DNA of 64,000 bases from an uncultured Acidimicrobiaceae bacterium (GTDB taxonomy: Bacteria; Actinomycetota; Acidimicrobiia; Acidimicrobiales; Bog-793), in NCBI GenBank assembly GCA_963703655.1, contig CAVPFA010000008.1, positions 4,060 through 68,059 of the forward strand, read 5' to 3'. Below, in pieces: positions 56,302 through 63,997 of the stretch. The translations under genes and the position numbers were made by a program. The notes below the pieces were generated by a model that worked only from the letters and a program-made list of their open reading frames with translations, was not told where the DNA came from and did not search any database. Position 1 is the first letter of the stretch, and every line of letters begins with the position of its first letter.

Positions 56302-57404
56302 ATGAGCTCCGTCACGAAGGTCCCCACTGGCTGGCGTGCCCGCTGGCGCACGCCCGATGGCAAGTCCCGCTCGAAGACATTCGCGCGGAAGATCGACGCC
56401 GAGAAGCACCTCACCGGCACCGACCACGCGAAGCTGACGGGGGCTTATGTCGACCCCGGCGCCGGCCGGATCACGTTCAGGACCTACGGCGAGCAGTGGC
56501 GGGCGGTCCAGGTGCACCGGCCGTCCACGGCGGTCCAGCTCGAGACGAACCTGCGTCGTCACGTCTACCCGACGCTCGGTGATCAACCAATCGGCGCCGT
56601 CCGCCCGTCCGAGGTCCAAGCCTGGGTGCGCAGCCTCGCCGAGGTCCTCGAGCCGAGCACCGTTGAACTCGTCTACCGCTACATGGTCGCCATCTTCCGG
56701 GCCGCTGCTGCTGACCGGGTCATCTCGCAGAACCCCGCGATCGGGACCCGGCTGCCGAAGAGCGAACCGCGACGGATCGAGCCGTTGGAGGCCGAAGTCG
56801 TTCAGGCGATCATCGAGGCGGTGCCTGACCGCTATCGGGCGCTCGTGGTCCTCGCAGCAGGCACCGGGCTCCGCCAGGGCGAGTGCTTCGAGCTGACATT
56901 GGATCGGGTGGATTTCCTGCGCCGACAGCTCACCATCGACCGTCAACTCGTACTCCTCCCGGGTCAGGGCGCGTGCTCGGGGCGCCGAAGACGCAGGCGA
57001 GCTACCGGATTGTGCCGCTGCCTGCTTACGTGCTCGACGCCCTGGCCGTTCACCTCGCCCGCTACCCGGTTGGCCCCGATGGTTTCCTGTTCACCAATCA
57101 CGCCGGCGATCCGATCCGCCGGACTCGGTTCTCGGACATGTGGCGTCCTGCCGTGAAGGCTTCTGGCGCGCCCGCAGGGACCGGCTTTCACTCCCTGAGG
57201 CACTTCTACGCATCGTTGCTGATCCGACACGGGGAGTCCGTCAAGGTCGTGCAGGCCCGCCTCGGCCATGCAAGCGCGGCTGAGACGCTCGACACGTACT
57301 CGCACCTTTGGCCCGACAGCGAGGACCGGACACGCGCCGCCGTCGACGAAGTGCTCGGACCTCGTGTGTCACCTGCGTGTCACGCCGTGGAGGCCGGAAC
57401 ATAA
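56302..57404 (+). pseudogene. Tyrosine recombinase/phage-type integrase, frame broken at about 56971
   Basis: ORF 56302..57156 supplies the N-terminal SAM-like domain and the catalytic Arg region (AAGTGLRQGECFEL). ORF 56883..57404 supplies PKTQASYRIVPLP, HSLRHFYASLL and RLGHASAAETLDTYSHLW (catalytic Tyr). The two frames join at ..LLPGQG / VLGAPKT with 2 extra (or 1 missing) nt. Confidence 0.85.
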
Positions 57405-57418
57405 AACCCTGGTCAGGC

Positions 57419-57458
57419 GGGTGGTGGTGGCGAGCCGGCCTATAGGCGGGGTTCTGTC
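57419..57458. repeat. rnpB-proximal att-like direct repeat
   Basis: GGGTGGTGGTGGCGAGCCGGCCTATAGGCGGGGTTCTGTC. Positions 57431-57458 are the last 28 nt of rnpB. The repeat starts 14 nt after the integrase stop codon. Confidence 0.8.
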
Positions 57459-57797
57459 CGCCGGCCCGGTCTTGCCGGTACCGGCGGGGTGGCCATCCAT
57501 CTACGCGGCCTACCTGGGGACTTAGGGCGGGCCGCCCGTCCCACGTTTGGCCTTGCTCCGGGTGGGGTTTACCAAGCCGACCAGGTCACCCCGGCCGCTG
57601 GTGCGCTCTTGCCGCACCGTTTCACCCTTGCCTGTGCACAGCAAGCCGTGCCATCGGCGGTCTGTTCTCTGTGGCACTGTCCTGCGGGTTGCCCCGACTA
57701 GCCGTTAGCCAGCACCCTTGCCCTATGGAGCCCCGACCTTCCTCAGCCGGTGGCAGCGCCAAAGCGCCGCTCCGGCCGCGACCACCCGGCCGACTCG
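57431..57797 (-). ncRNA. rnpB: RNase P RNA, bacterial type A
   Basis: Minus strand conserved blocks: GAGGAAGGTCGGGGCTCCATAGGGCAAGGGTGCTGGCTAACGGC, ACAGTGCCACAGAGAACAGACCGCC, GGTGAAACGGTGCGGCAAGAGCGCACC, GGTAAACCCCACCCGGAGCAAGGCCAAA, and ACAGAACCCCGCCTATAGG. P1 pairs CGAGTCGGCC (57797-57788) with GGCCGGCTCG (57440-57431). Ends are +/- a few nt. Confidence 0.9.
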
Positions 57798-58335
57798 CCA
57801 CCACCGGGGTCATTCTCGCACGCTCTCGGCAACCCGGCCGCAACCAACCAAGCGTCGCCGCCCGACCGCACCGACGAGCAGGCCGCGTGTCGCCGTGTAT
57901 CCCGATATACTGGCATGAGTGCTTGCAGACCAGAAAGCTAAGCATTAGATTGTCAAGACAGATTATAAGGCCACTGAATAGATTGTGGATAACCGGGCGA
58001 GCCATGTGGAAGAGTTTCGATCTCTCTCATGAGATTGCGTAGCAACCGATGACCGAACCAGTTGCCGAATCGGCCGCTAGCCTCGAGATCGATATGCCGT
58101 GGGCGCCCCAGAGGACTGTAGAGTCCTCACGGTCGCCCCGGCCGAAGTCTGATCGGGATGCGCTTTTGCGCCCCCGGTCATAGGACCGATTACCTGCGAA
58201 CCCCCCCTTGCGGGTGATCAGGGTGGGGCCGTCCCCCGGGCGCCCGGCCGAAAGGCTGGAGCTCGGGGGACGTCCGCGTCAACGCCCCGCTTAAGCGGGT
58301 AGGACCGCGCCGCGGCGCCGCGTGATCCTGTCTCG

Positions 58336-58965
58336 TCATTCGGACAGGTGTGCGAGATGCGCCGTCTCGTTGAAGCTGACCAGGGCCGGGCCGCCTGAAC
58401 CACCCGTCTGGATCCGGCTGATCGACGCGACGCCGAGCGACAACCGCCACGACATTTCCGCGCCGCCGCCCAGTGCCCAGATGACGGCGGCCTTGATCGG
58501 CGATACGTGGCTCACGACGACGACATCGCAGCTGGCCGCCTCCGCGGCAAGCTCTTCGCAGGCGGCCGCCACCCTTGCCAGGACCTCTTCGAGCGTCTCG
58601 CCGCCGGGGGGTCTCCACGTTGCGTCCGAGCGCCACCGATCCCAGAGTCCGGGCGGAAGGTCCCCGGGCGCCGTTACATCGAGGTTGCCATAGTCAAGTT
58701 CGATGTAGCGCCCGTCGACTTCCACCTCGGGCCACGCTCCCCAGGAGAGCGGCGCCGGGGTCGCGGCGATCGCCTCTGCAGTCTGCCGGGCGCGCTGTAG
58801 GGGACTGGTGACGAGGCGGCAAGGCGCTATACGGCGCGACGCGAGCACGTCGCCGAGGACAGCGGCCTGCCGGCGCCCCAGATCGGTAAGGGGCGAGTCT
58901 GCCCTTCCGAGCAGGAGGCCGGCGGCATTAGCCTCGCTCTGGCCGTGACGCACCAGCACCAGCAT
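58336..58965 (-). CDS. Histidine phosphatase family protein (phosphoglycerate mutase/CobC-like)
   Basis: MLVLVRHGQSEANAAGLLLGRADSPLTDLGRRQA has the RHG catalytic motif. 209 aa. Confidence 0.8.
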   Translation of the reverse strand: MLVLVRHGQSEANAAGLLLGRADSPLTDLGRRQAAVLGDVLASRRIAPCRLVTSPLQRARQTAEAIAATPAPLSWGAWPEVEVDGRYIELDYGNLDVTAPGDLPPGLWDRWRSDATWRPPGGETLEEVLARVAAACEELAAEAASCDVVVVSHVSPIKAAVIWALGGGAEMSWRLSLGVASISRIQTGGSGGPALVSFNETAHLAHLSE

Positions 58966-58994
58966 CAGTTGCTAAAAGACCGCTTGGTCGCCCA

Positions 58995-59786
58995 TCAGGG
59001 CACGAGGATGCGACCGCACTGCTCGCAGTAAACGATCGAGTCAGGAGCGGCGTGGCGCAGCCTGTCCAGCTCCCCCGCCGGCAGCTGCAGATGACAGCCG
59101 CTGCACGCCCCGCCGACCAGTCGTGCGGCGCCCACTCCGCCGAGCTTGGCCTTGAGACGCTCGTAGGACGCCGCCAGTTCCGGCGCGACACGCGTGGCGA
59201 GTTCATCGCGCGCTGCGCGCGTCGATGCAGCCTCTTCGTCGATCGCAGCCTCTGCGAGGCCGAGCTGCTCGCGGGCAAGCGCCAGCTCCTCGATGCCTGC
59301 GGCGGCGCTCTCCTCGAGCGCGGACAGCTCCTGATCGAGCGGCTCCAGAGCTTCCATGACCTCGAGCTCCTGGTCCTCGATCTCTCGCCGCTGGCGACTG
59401 AGGGATGCGGCCTCCTCACCCATCGCCTGTTCGTCCCGATAGGAGCCGGCTCGCCCCGAACGCAGGCGCTGCTCGATGGCCGCGATCCGTTGACCTACGG
59501 CCTCAGATCGGGCATCGAAGGTCAGCTGCTGCGCTGCGAGCTTGTCGCGCTGCTCTCGGGCCTCGATGACTCGGGCAGTCTGCTCGGCAAGCCTGGCGCT
59601 CAGCTCCGACACCGCGGCTCGCTCGGCCAGCTCACGGCGACGGTAGGCGAGGCGATCGAGCCCAAGGTCCTGCTCTTGAAGCTGTAGGAGGAGAGACAGC
59701 TGCGGCGCCTGAGAAGAAGTGGCTGACTCGGCTGCGGAGGGCTCGGCTGAGGAGGCTGCTGACGACTCGGCTGCGCTCGGGGACAT
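58995..59786 (-). CDS. Coiled-coil protein with C-terminal C4 zinc ribbon (DUF164/CT398-like)
   Basis: Long heptad-rich region ending in GACSGCHLQLPAGELDRLRHAAPDSIVYCEQCGRILVP (CxxC ... CxxC). Confidence 0.75.
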   Translation of the reverse strand: MSPSAAESSAASSAEPSAAESATSSQAPQLSLLLQLQEQDLGLDRLAYRRRELAERAAVSELSARLAEQTARVIEAREQRDKLAAQQLTFDARSEAVGQRIAAIEQRLRSGRAGSYRDEQAMGEEAASLSRQRREIEDQELEVMEALEPLDQELSALEESAAAGIEELALAREQLGLAEAAIDEEAASTRAARDELATRVAPELAASYERLKAKLGGVGAARLVGGACSGCHLQLPAGELDRLRHAAPDSIVYCEQCGRILVP

Positions 59787-59798
59787 CGCGGATCGAGG

Positions 59799-60554
59799 TT
59801 ACCGGTGCCACGTCGCCCTGGCTGCGACCAGCTCGGCCAGCAGTGCTGGTGTGCCGGCCGCGACGGGCGTCCTGCGGGCCGAGTGGTCCCTCACGACGAG
59901 ATCACGGCCCTCAGCGTCGACTAGAAGCGCACCCGCCTCGGCACACACCAGCAGTGCGCCTAGGTAGTCCCAGCTGCCGTGCGCATCGTGCACGCAGTCG
60001 ACATAACCGTCCAAGGTCCCGTCCGCGACTGCGCACAGGTCCAGCGCTGCGGCTCCGAGCGCTCGAAACTGCCGCCATCCGAGATAGCGAGGCGGGTACC
60101 CGGACACTCCGATAAGCGAGCGGCCGAGCGACTCCGACGAAGAGGGGGCGATCGTTTCTCCGTCACGCCGTGCGCCGGCGCCTCGCGCTGCCTCGTAACG
60201 GGCACCGGTCGCCTGATTGACGACGAGCGCGGCGAGCGGCCCGACGTCGTCCAGAACGCAGATGCTGGTCGCGTACCACGGAATGCGCCGCGAAGCGTTC
60301 GTGGAGCCGTCGACCGGATCGAGCACCGCGAGCAGCGGCCGCTCGGGAGCCTCGGCACTGAGGCCGGACTCCTCGCTCAGGATCCCGAGGCCGGCATCGG
60401 TGAGAACGCGAACCGCGGCTGAGTCCGCGACGAGATCGGACCGGTACTGTCCGGGCCGGGCGCCGGTCAACCCCCAGTCGGCGAGGCCGCTGAGCGAGCC
60501 TGCGACCGCATCGGCCGCTTCGCCGAGGACCTGCAGAAGCTCCGCGCCGTCCAC
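59799..60554 (-). CDS. Inositol monophosphatase family protein (SuhB/ImpA/CysQ-like)
   Basis: Motifs ILSEESG, LDPVDGSTNASRRIPWYATS and GSWDYLGALLVCAEAGA. Confidence 0.8.
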   Translation of the reverse strand: MDGAELLQVLGEAADAVAGSLSGLADWGLTGARPGQYRSDLVADSAAVRVLTDAGLGILSEESGLSAEAPERPLLAVLDPVDGSTNASRRIPWYATSICVLDDVGPLAALVVNQATGARYEAARGAGARRDGETIAPSSSESLGRSLIGVSGYPPRYLGWRQFRALGAAALDLCAVADGTLDGYVDCVHDAHGSWDYLGALLVCAEAGALLVDAEGRDLVVRDHSARRTPVAAGTPALLAELVAARATWHR

Positions 60555-60604
60555 AGGACCGAACCGTAGCGTCCCACCCGCGCCCGACTAAACTCAGGTG
60601 CCGA

Positions 60605-61165
60605 ATGGCCGTCATCGACGTAGCTGGTTATGTTGCCGAGCTTAAGGATCATGCGGTCGACCACAAGTTTCACGTGCACGACGAGCGTCACTTCGTCGAG
60701 ACGTACTCTCTTCGACAGTTCTGGGAAGTCGACCTCCACCCCGAGGAAGGTTGTGGCGGACCGATCGACCTCCACCTCGCGCTCGAGGTCGAGCCCCGCG
60801 TGCTTCTCGACTTCGAGGATGCCGTCGTCGCTCTGCCCGAGGACGAGGACCCCGCCGACAAGTGGTTTTTCCCGCTCACGTTCAATTGGGGCGTGCCGCC
60901 CCTCCCGCAGGGGCCCGACCTCCTTCGGCTCGCGATCGACCTAGCAGGGGTAGGGGGCGTCGACCTCCCACTTGAGATCTCAGCGACGGACTCCTTCGCC
61001 TCGGTGACCGACGCTCCGGTCCGGCGCCTCACTATCGTCGCCAGGCAGCAGGTATCGCTGGCTCGGGTACTCGCGGGCGAGGAGCTGCTCTGCGACACGT
61101 TCGACCGTGCTCTCGGAGTTACCCGTTTCTTGCTCGACAAAGCCCCAATCTGGCTCGGAGAATAA
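60605..61165 (+). CDS. Hypothetical acidic cytoplasmic protein
   Basis: 186-aa ORF with plausible coding character. No family recognised. Confidence 0.45.
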   Translation: MAVIDVAGYVAELKDHAVDHKFHVHDERHFVETYSLRQFWEVDLHPEEGCGGPIDLHLALEVEPRVLLDFEDAVVALPEDEDPADKWFFPLTFNWGVPPLPQGPDLLRLAIDLAGVGGVDLPLEISATDSFASVTDAPVRRLTIVARQQVSLARVLAGEELLCDTFDRALGVTRFLLDKAPIWLGE

Positions 61166-61166
61166 A

Positions 61167-61526
61167 TTGGCGCGGCCGCGACTGGTCGCCGGCTTCATCA
61201 TTCTCGCTCTGGCATGCAACTTGGTCCTGACCGATTGCTCCTCGCAGGACGCCGCACCCCTGGCACACCAGGCGTGCGCCCAGGTCGAACGGGCTCTGGC
61301 CGCCGAGCGCCAGGTGGCCTCCGCCAGCGCCCCTCGTGCGGCGCACCTCGAGGCAGCCGCGCTCGACGACGTGCGGGCGGCTCTTCCGCTCGCGGCTCTG
61401 GCGGCCGGCGACGACACGTCCTGGCAGGCGCTCGACGCCACCTTGAGCGAGTCGAACCGTGTCCCGCTTCGCTATCTCCTCCACGCGCTCAGCGACCAGT
61501 GTGCCAACTCTGCCGGGGACGGCTGA
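61167..61526 (+). CDS. Putative lipoprotein
   Basis: The TTG at 61167, 1 nt after the upstream stop, gives LARPRLVAGFIILALACNLVLTDCSSQ, a signal peptide plus lipobox-like LTDC. The ORF track's start at 61107 overlaps the upstream gene. Confidence 0.5.
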   Translation: MARPRLVAGFIILALACNLVLTDCSSQDAAPLAHQACAQVERALAAERQVASASAPRAAHLEAAALDDVRAALPLAALAAGDDTSWQALDATLSESNRVPLRYLLHALSDQCANSAGDG

Positions 61527-61574
61527 GGCGGGCAGTTCTCTCCAAGGCCGCCCTTGATCCGACCGACTCACCAC

Positions 61575-62966
61575 TCAATGGTCGACCAGCTCCCAGAGCT
61601 TGATCCCGCCGAGGATGCCGGCGACGTTATCGACGATTGTCACCGAAGGGCCGAGATAGCCGGCGAGGAGGCGCGAATTGCCGCCTCCGACGTAGAGGCG
61701 GTCATAGTTGAGGAGGAGGTGAAAATTGGAGAACGCATCCTCCGCACGCTTGCGCCACTTCTTGGCGCCTACCCTCCGCAACGCCGCGTCGCCGAGCTGC
61801 TCGTTGTACGTCTCGCCCTTGCGGAACGGGTGTTGGGCGAGCTCGAGGTGCGGTGCGAGCTTTCCGTCAAGCAGCAGCGCCGTGCCGACGCCCGTACCCA
61901 GTGTCACGACGAGCTCGAGTCCCGAGCCGCTCACGACCTCGAGACCCTGAAGGTCCGCGTCATTTGCGAGGCGTACCGGATGGCCGAGTCGCTCTGCCAT
62001 TTGGCCGGCCAGGTCACAACCTGTCCACGCTGCGAGAAGCTTCCCGACTACCGGCGAGCCGGGACCCGATCGCGTCACGAAGTGAGGCGCCGTCAGGACG
62101 ATGCCTTTGCGGACAACTCCGGGGAAGCCAATCGAGACTCGGTCGAAGCTCGGCAGGGGCGCGACAAGTGCAGCCAGGGCCTCAACGAGACGCTCAGGCG
62201 GGCATGGGTAGGTCGTCGGAACACGGACACGGTCGGCGACGAGCTTGCCCGTTGCGTCCAGCACCGAAGCCTTCAGACCGGTGCCACCGACGTCGATCGC
62301 CAGCGTCCTCGGCTTCATCACGCCGGGGCCGGTTGCGACACCGGGACCTGCTGCGACACCTGGGCCGGCTGAGACGCCGGGACCGGCCGGGACGCCGGGA
62401 CCGGCCGGGACACCGGGGCCGGCCGGGACACCCGGGGCTCGAGCTGTCTTTGCAGCTTTGGGTGAAGCCGTTGCCGAGGCCGCCCGAGGAGCTGTCCGAG
62501 GTGATGTCCTTCTTGCTGGCCGTCCCCTCGCACCTGCGGGCGGGGGCGGGGGCGGGGGTGGGAGCGCACCCGATGGCGGCTCGGAGGCCGGCGTGGTGAG
62601 CTCAGTTGCTTCGGATGCTTCCCCTGCTGAAGCTGCCACGGACGGTACGGACGCCTCGAGAGGTTCGGACGCCTCGGGCAGATCGTCCGACATGGCAGGC
62701 CGCTGCCATCTGGACGGCTCAGAGGCGACCGCCGGCGGGGACGGCGGCGGCTGGTCGAGCGGCGAAGACGACGGGGGCGGCGGCGGCGGCTCCTGGAGCG
62801 GCGAAGACGACGGGGGCGGTGACGGCGGCTCCTGGAGCGGCGAAGACGAGGGGGGCGGCGGAGGCTGCTGGACCGGCGAAGACGACGGGGGCGGTGACGG
62901 GCGCTCAGCGCCCACAGGAGGGTCCGGCGGATGTGATCTCGCGTCGGTGTCCTCGTACCCGTTCAT
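61575..62966 (-). CDS. ppgK: Polyphosphate/ATP glucokinase (ROK family) with a ~215-aa Pro-rich repetitive N-terminal extension
   Basis: The C-terminal 247 aa (from MKPRTLAIDVGGTGLKASVLD at 62318) form a typical ROK/PpgK core (NDADLQGL, LGTGVGTALL). The frame stays open upstream to ATG 62966, which overlaps the pepA stop (ATGA). The real start could be either 62966 or 62318. Confidence 0.75.
   Translation of the reverse strand: MNGYEDTDARSHPPDPPVGAERPSPPPSSSPVQQPPPPPSSSPLQEPPSPPPSSSPLQEPPPPPPSSSPLDQPPPSPPAVASEPSRWQRPAMSDDLPEASEPLEASVPSVAASAGEASEATELTTPASEPPSGALPPPPPPPPAGARGRPARRTSPRTAPRAASATASPKAAKTARAPGVPAGPGVPAGPGVPAGPGVSAGPGVAAGPGVATGPGVMKPRTLAIDVGGTGLKASVLDATGKLVADRVRVPTTYPCPPERLVEALAALVAPLPSFDRVSIGFPGVVRKGIVLTAPHFVTRSGPGSPVVGKLLAAWTGCDLAGQMAERLGHPVRLANDADLQGLEVVSGSGLELVVTLGTGVGTALLLDGKLAPHLELAQHPFRKGETYNEQLGDAALRRVGAKKWRKRAEDAFSNFHLLLNYDRLYVGGGNSRLLAGYLGPSVTIVDNVAGILGGIKLWELVDH
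62319..62444. repeat. Seven tandem copies of an 18-bp unit (GACRCCGGGRCCGGCCGG-like)
   Basis: Units begin at 62319, 62337, 62355, 62373, 62391, 62409 and 62427. On the minus strand they encode (PGVxAG)x7, immediately N-terminal to the ROK core Met. Confidence 0.85.
62751..62906. repeat. Four tandem copies of a 36-42-bp unit
   Basis: The units are 62751-62792 (42 nt), 62793-62831 (39), 62832-62867 (36) and 62868-62906 (39), each starting CTGG(A/T)(G/C)CG(A)GCGGCGAAGACGA. On the minus strand they encode PPPxPPSSSPLQE-type repeats. All unit lengths are multiples of 3. Confidence 0.85.
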
Positions 62967-63997
62967 GGCACCACCTTCCGGCCGGCGGCACCTGCCGCCG
63001 GCGAGTCGAGCGGCTCGTACGCACACAGCAACTCGAGCAGCGTGCGGACCCCGAAACCTGTTGAGCCCCGCCGGAATTCGCCAGAATCCTCATCCGAGCG
63101 CGCAGGCCCCGCGATGTCCAGGTGGACCCACGGCCGATCCCCGACAAACTCCTCGAGCAGCAAACCAGCCGTGAGGGCGCCCCCGGCCGCTGGTTTACCA
63201 GTGTTCTTCATGTCTGCGACGTCCGAGTCTATGTCGGCGCGATAAGCCTCGGGAAGCGGGAGCGGCCACGTTGGCTCGCCGGCACGCTCTGAGGCGGTGC
63301 GCACCGCTGACACGAGTCGATCGTCGTTGCCCATCAGGCCGGCGATCTTGCGACCCAGCGCGACCACGCAGGCGCCGGTAAGCGTCGCAAGGTCGATTAT
63401 CGCGTCCGGGCCCTCCTCGGCCGCGAGCGAAAGACCGTCCGCAAGCACGAGGCGGCCCTCGGCGTCGGTGTTGAGCACCTCGATGGTCTTGCCGTTGCGG
63501 ATCTCGAGGACGTCACCGGGCTTGGTCGCCCGCCCGCCTGGCATGTTCTCGGTCGTCGGGGCGAAGCCGATCACTCGGACTCCCACCCCGAGCGCGCGGC
63601 AGGCGCCGAGCGTCGCGATCACGACCGCGGCGCCGCTCATGTCCGTCTTCATCATCATCATTCCGTCAGCTGTCTTCAGCGACAATCCTCCCGAATCGAA
63701 GGTGATGCCTTTTCCCACGAGAGCGACGGTCGGGATGCTGCCGTCGGGACGCCTCCGAGCCTCGGAGTCCGCGGGCTCGTACACGAGCTTGATCAGGCGC
63801 GGTGGCTCGGCCGAGCCTGCGGCCACGCCGAGCAGGCCGCCAAGGCGGGCCTCCGAGATCGCCGCCTTGTCGAGAATCGTCGCTTCGAGACCTGCGCGCT
63901 CGGCGACCTCGACGGCCACCTCGGCGAGCTGGACGGGGGTGAGGGCGCCCGCGGGCTCGTTCGAAAGGTCACGCGCGAGTCGAGTCGCGGTCTGCGA
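62963..63997 (-). CDS. pepA: Leucyl aminopeptidase (M17) catalytic domain; N-terminal part not resolved at the window edge
   Basis: Motifs NTDAEGRLVLAD, MKTDMSGAA and VGKGITFDSGG. The frame is family-like upstream of the track's GTG at 63919 (TRLARDLSNEPAGALTPVQLAE), but the last window codon (64000-63998) is an in-frame TGA. Confidence 0.8.
   Translation of the reverse strand, partial: SQTATRLARDLSNEPAGALTPVQLAEVAVEVAERAGLEATILDKAAISEARLGGLLGVAAGSAEPPRLIKLVYEPADSEARRRPDGSIPTVALVGKGITFDSGGLSLKTADGMMMMKTDMSGAAVVIATLGACRALGVGVRVIGFAPTTENMPGGRATKPGDVLEIRNGKTIEVLNTDAEGRLVLADGLSLAAEEGPDAIIDLATLTGACVVALGRKIAGLMGNDDRLVSAVRTASERAGEPTWPLPLPEAYRADIDSDVADMKNTGKPAAGGALTAGLLLEEFVGDRPWVHLDIAGPARSDEDSGEFRRGSTGFGVRTLLELLCAYEPLDSPAAGAAGRKVVP

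Larger units (their letters stand above)
52197..57458. mobile_element. Integrated element (~5.3 kb) inserted at the 3' end of rnpB; probably immobilised
   Basis: Bounded by 38/40-nt direct repeats (52197-52236 and 57419-57458). The tyrosine integrase gene abuts the rnpB-proximal repeat. Cargo is a GntR-ABC exporter and a DUF433/DUF5615 pair. The integrase frame is broken. Confidence 0.7.

Noticed and set aside
57984-57992. Perfect DnaA-box 9-mer TGTGGATAA, raising the idea of a replication origin. The IS256 inverted repeats contain the similar TGTGGATAG.
   Set aside because: Only a single box is present. There is no cluster, no dnaA/dnaN context and no AT-rich 13-mer array. It is insufficient for an oriC call.
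57622-58005. 127-aa minus-strand ORF with a hydrophobic N-terminus starting in the AT-rich patch
   Set aside because: Two thirds of it overlaps the rnpB RNA gene, and the rest is Arg/Gly-rich. The hydrophobic start simply reflects the AT-rich DNA.
62319-62906. Tandem repeats considered as a possible CRISPR array or minisatellite
   Set aside because: The units are directly adjacent with no unique spacers and are only 18 or 36-42 bp long. They keep a multiple-of-3 periodicity within an open reading frame, so they are coding low-complexity repeats.
62245-63174. 309-aa plus-strand Gly-rich ORF opposite the PpgK extension
   Set aside because: It is the reverse-complement shadow of the Pro-rich repeats (GGN from NCC). 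It has no start context and overlaps both the ROK core and the pepA end.
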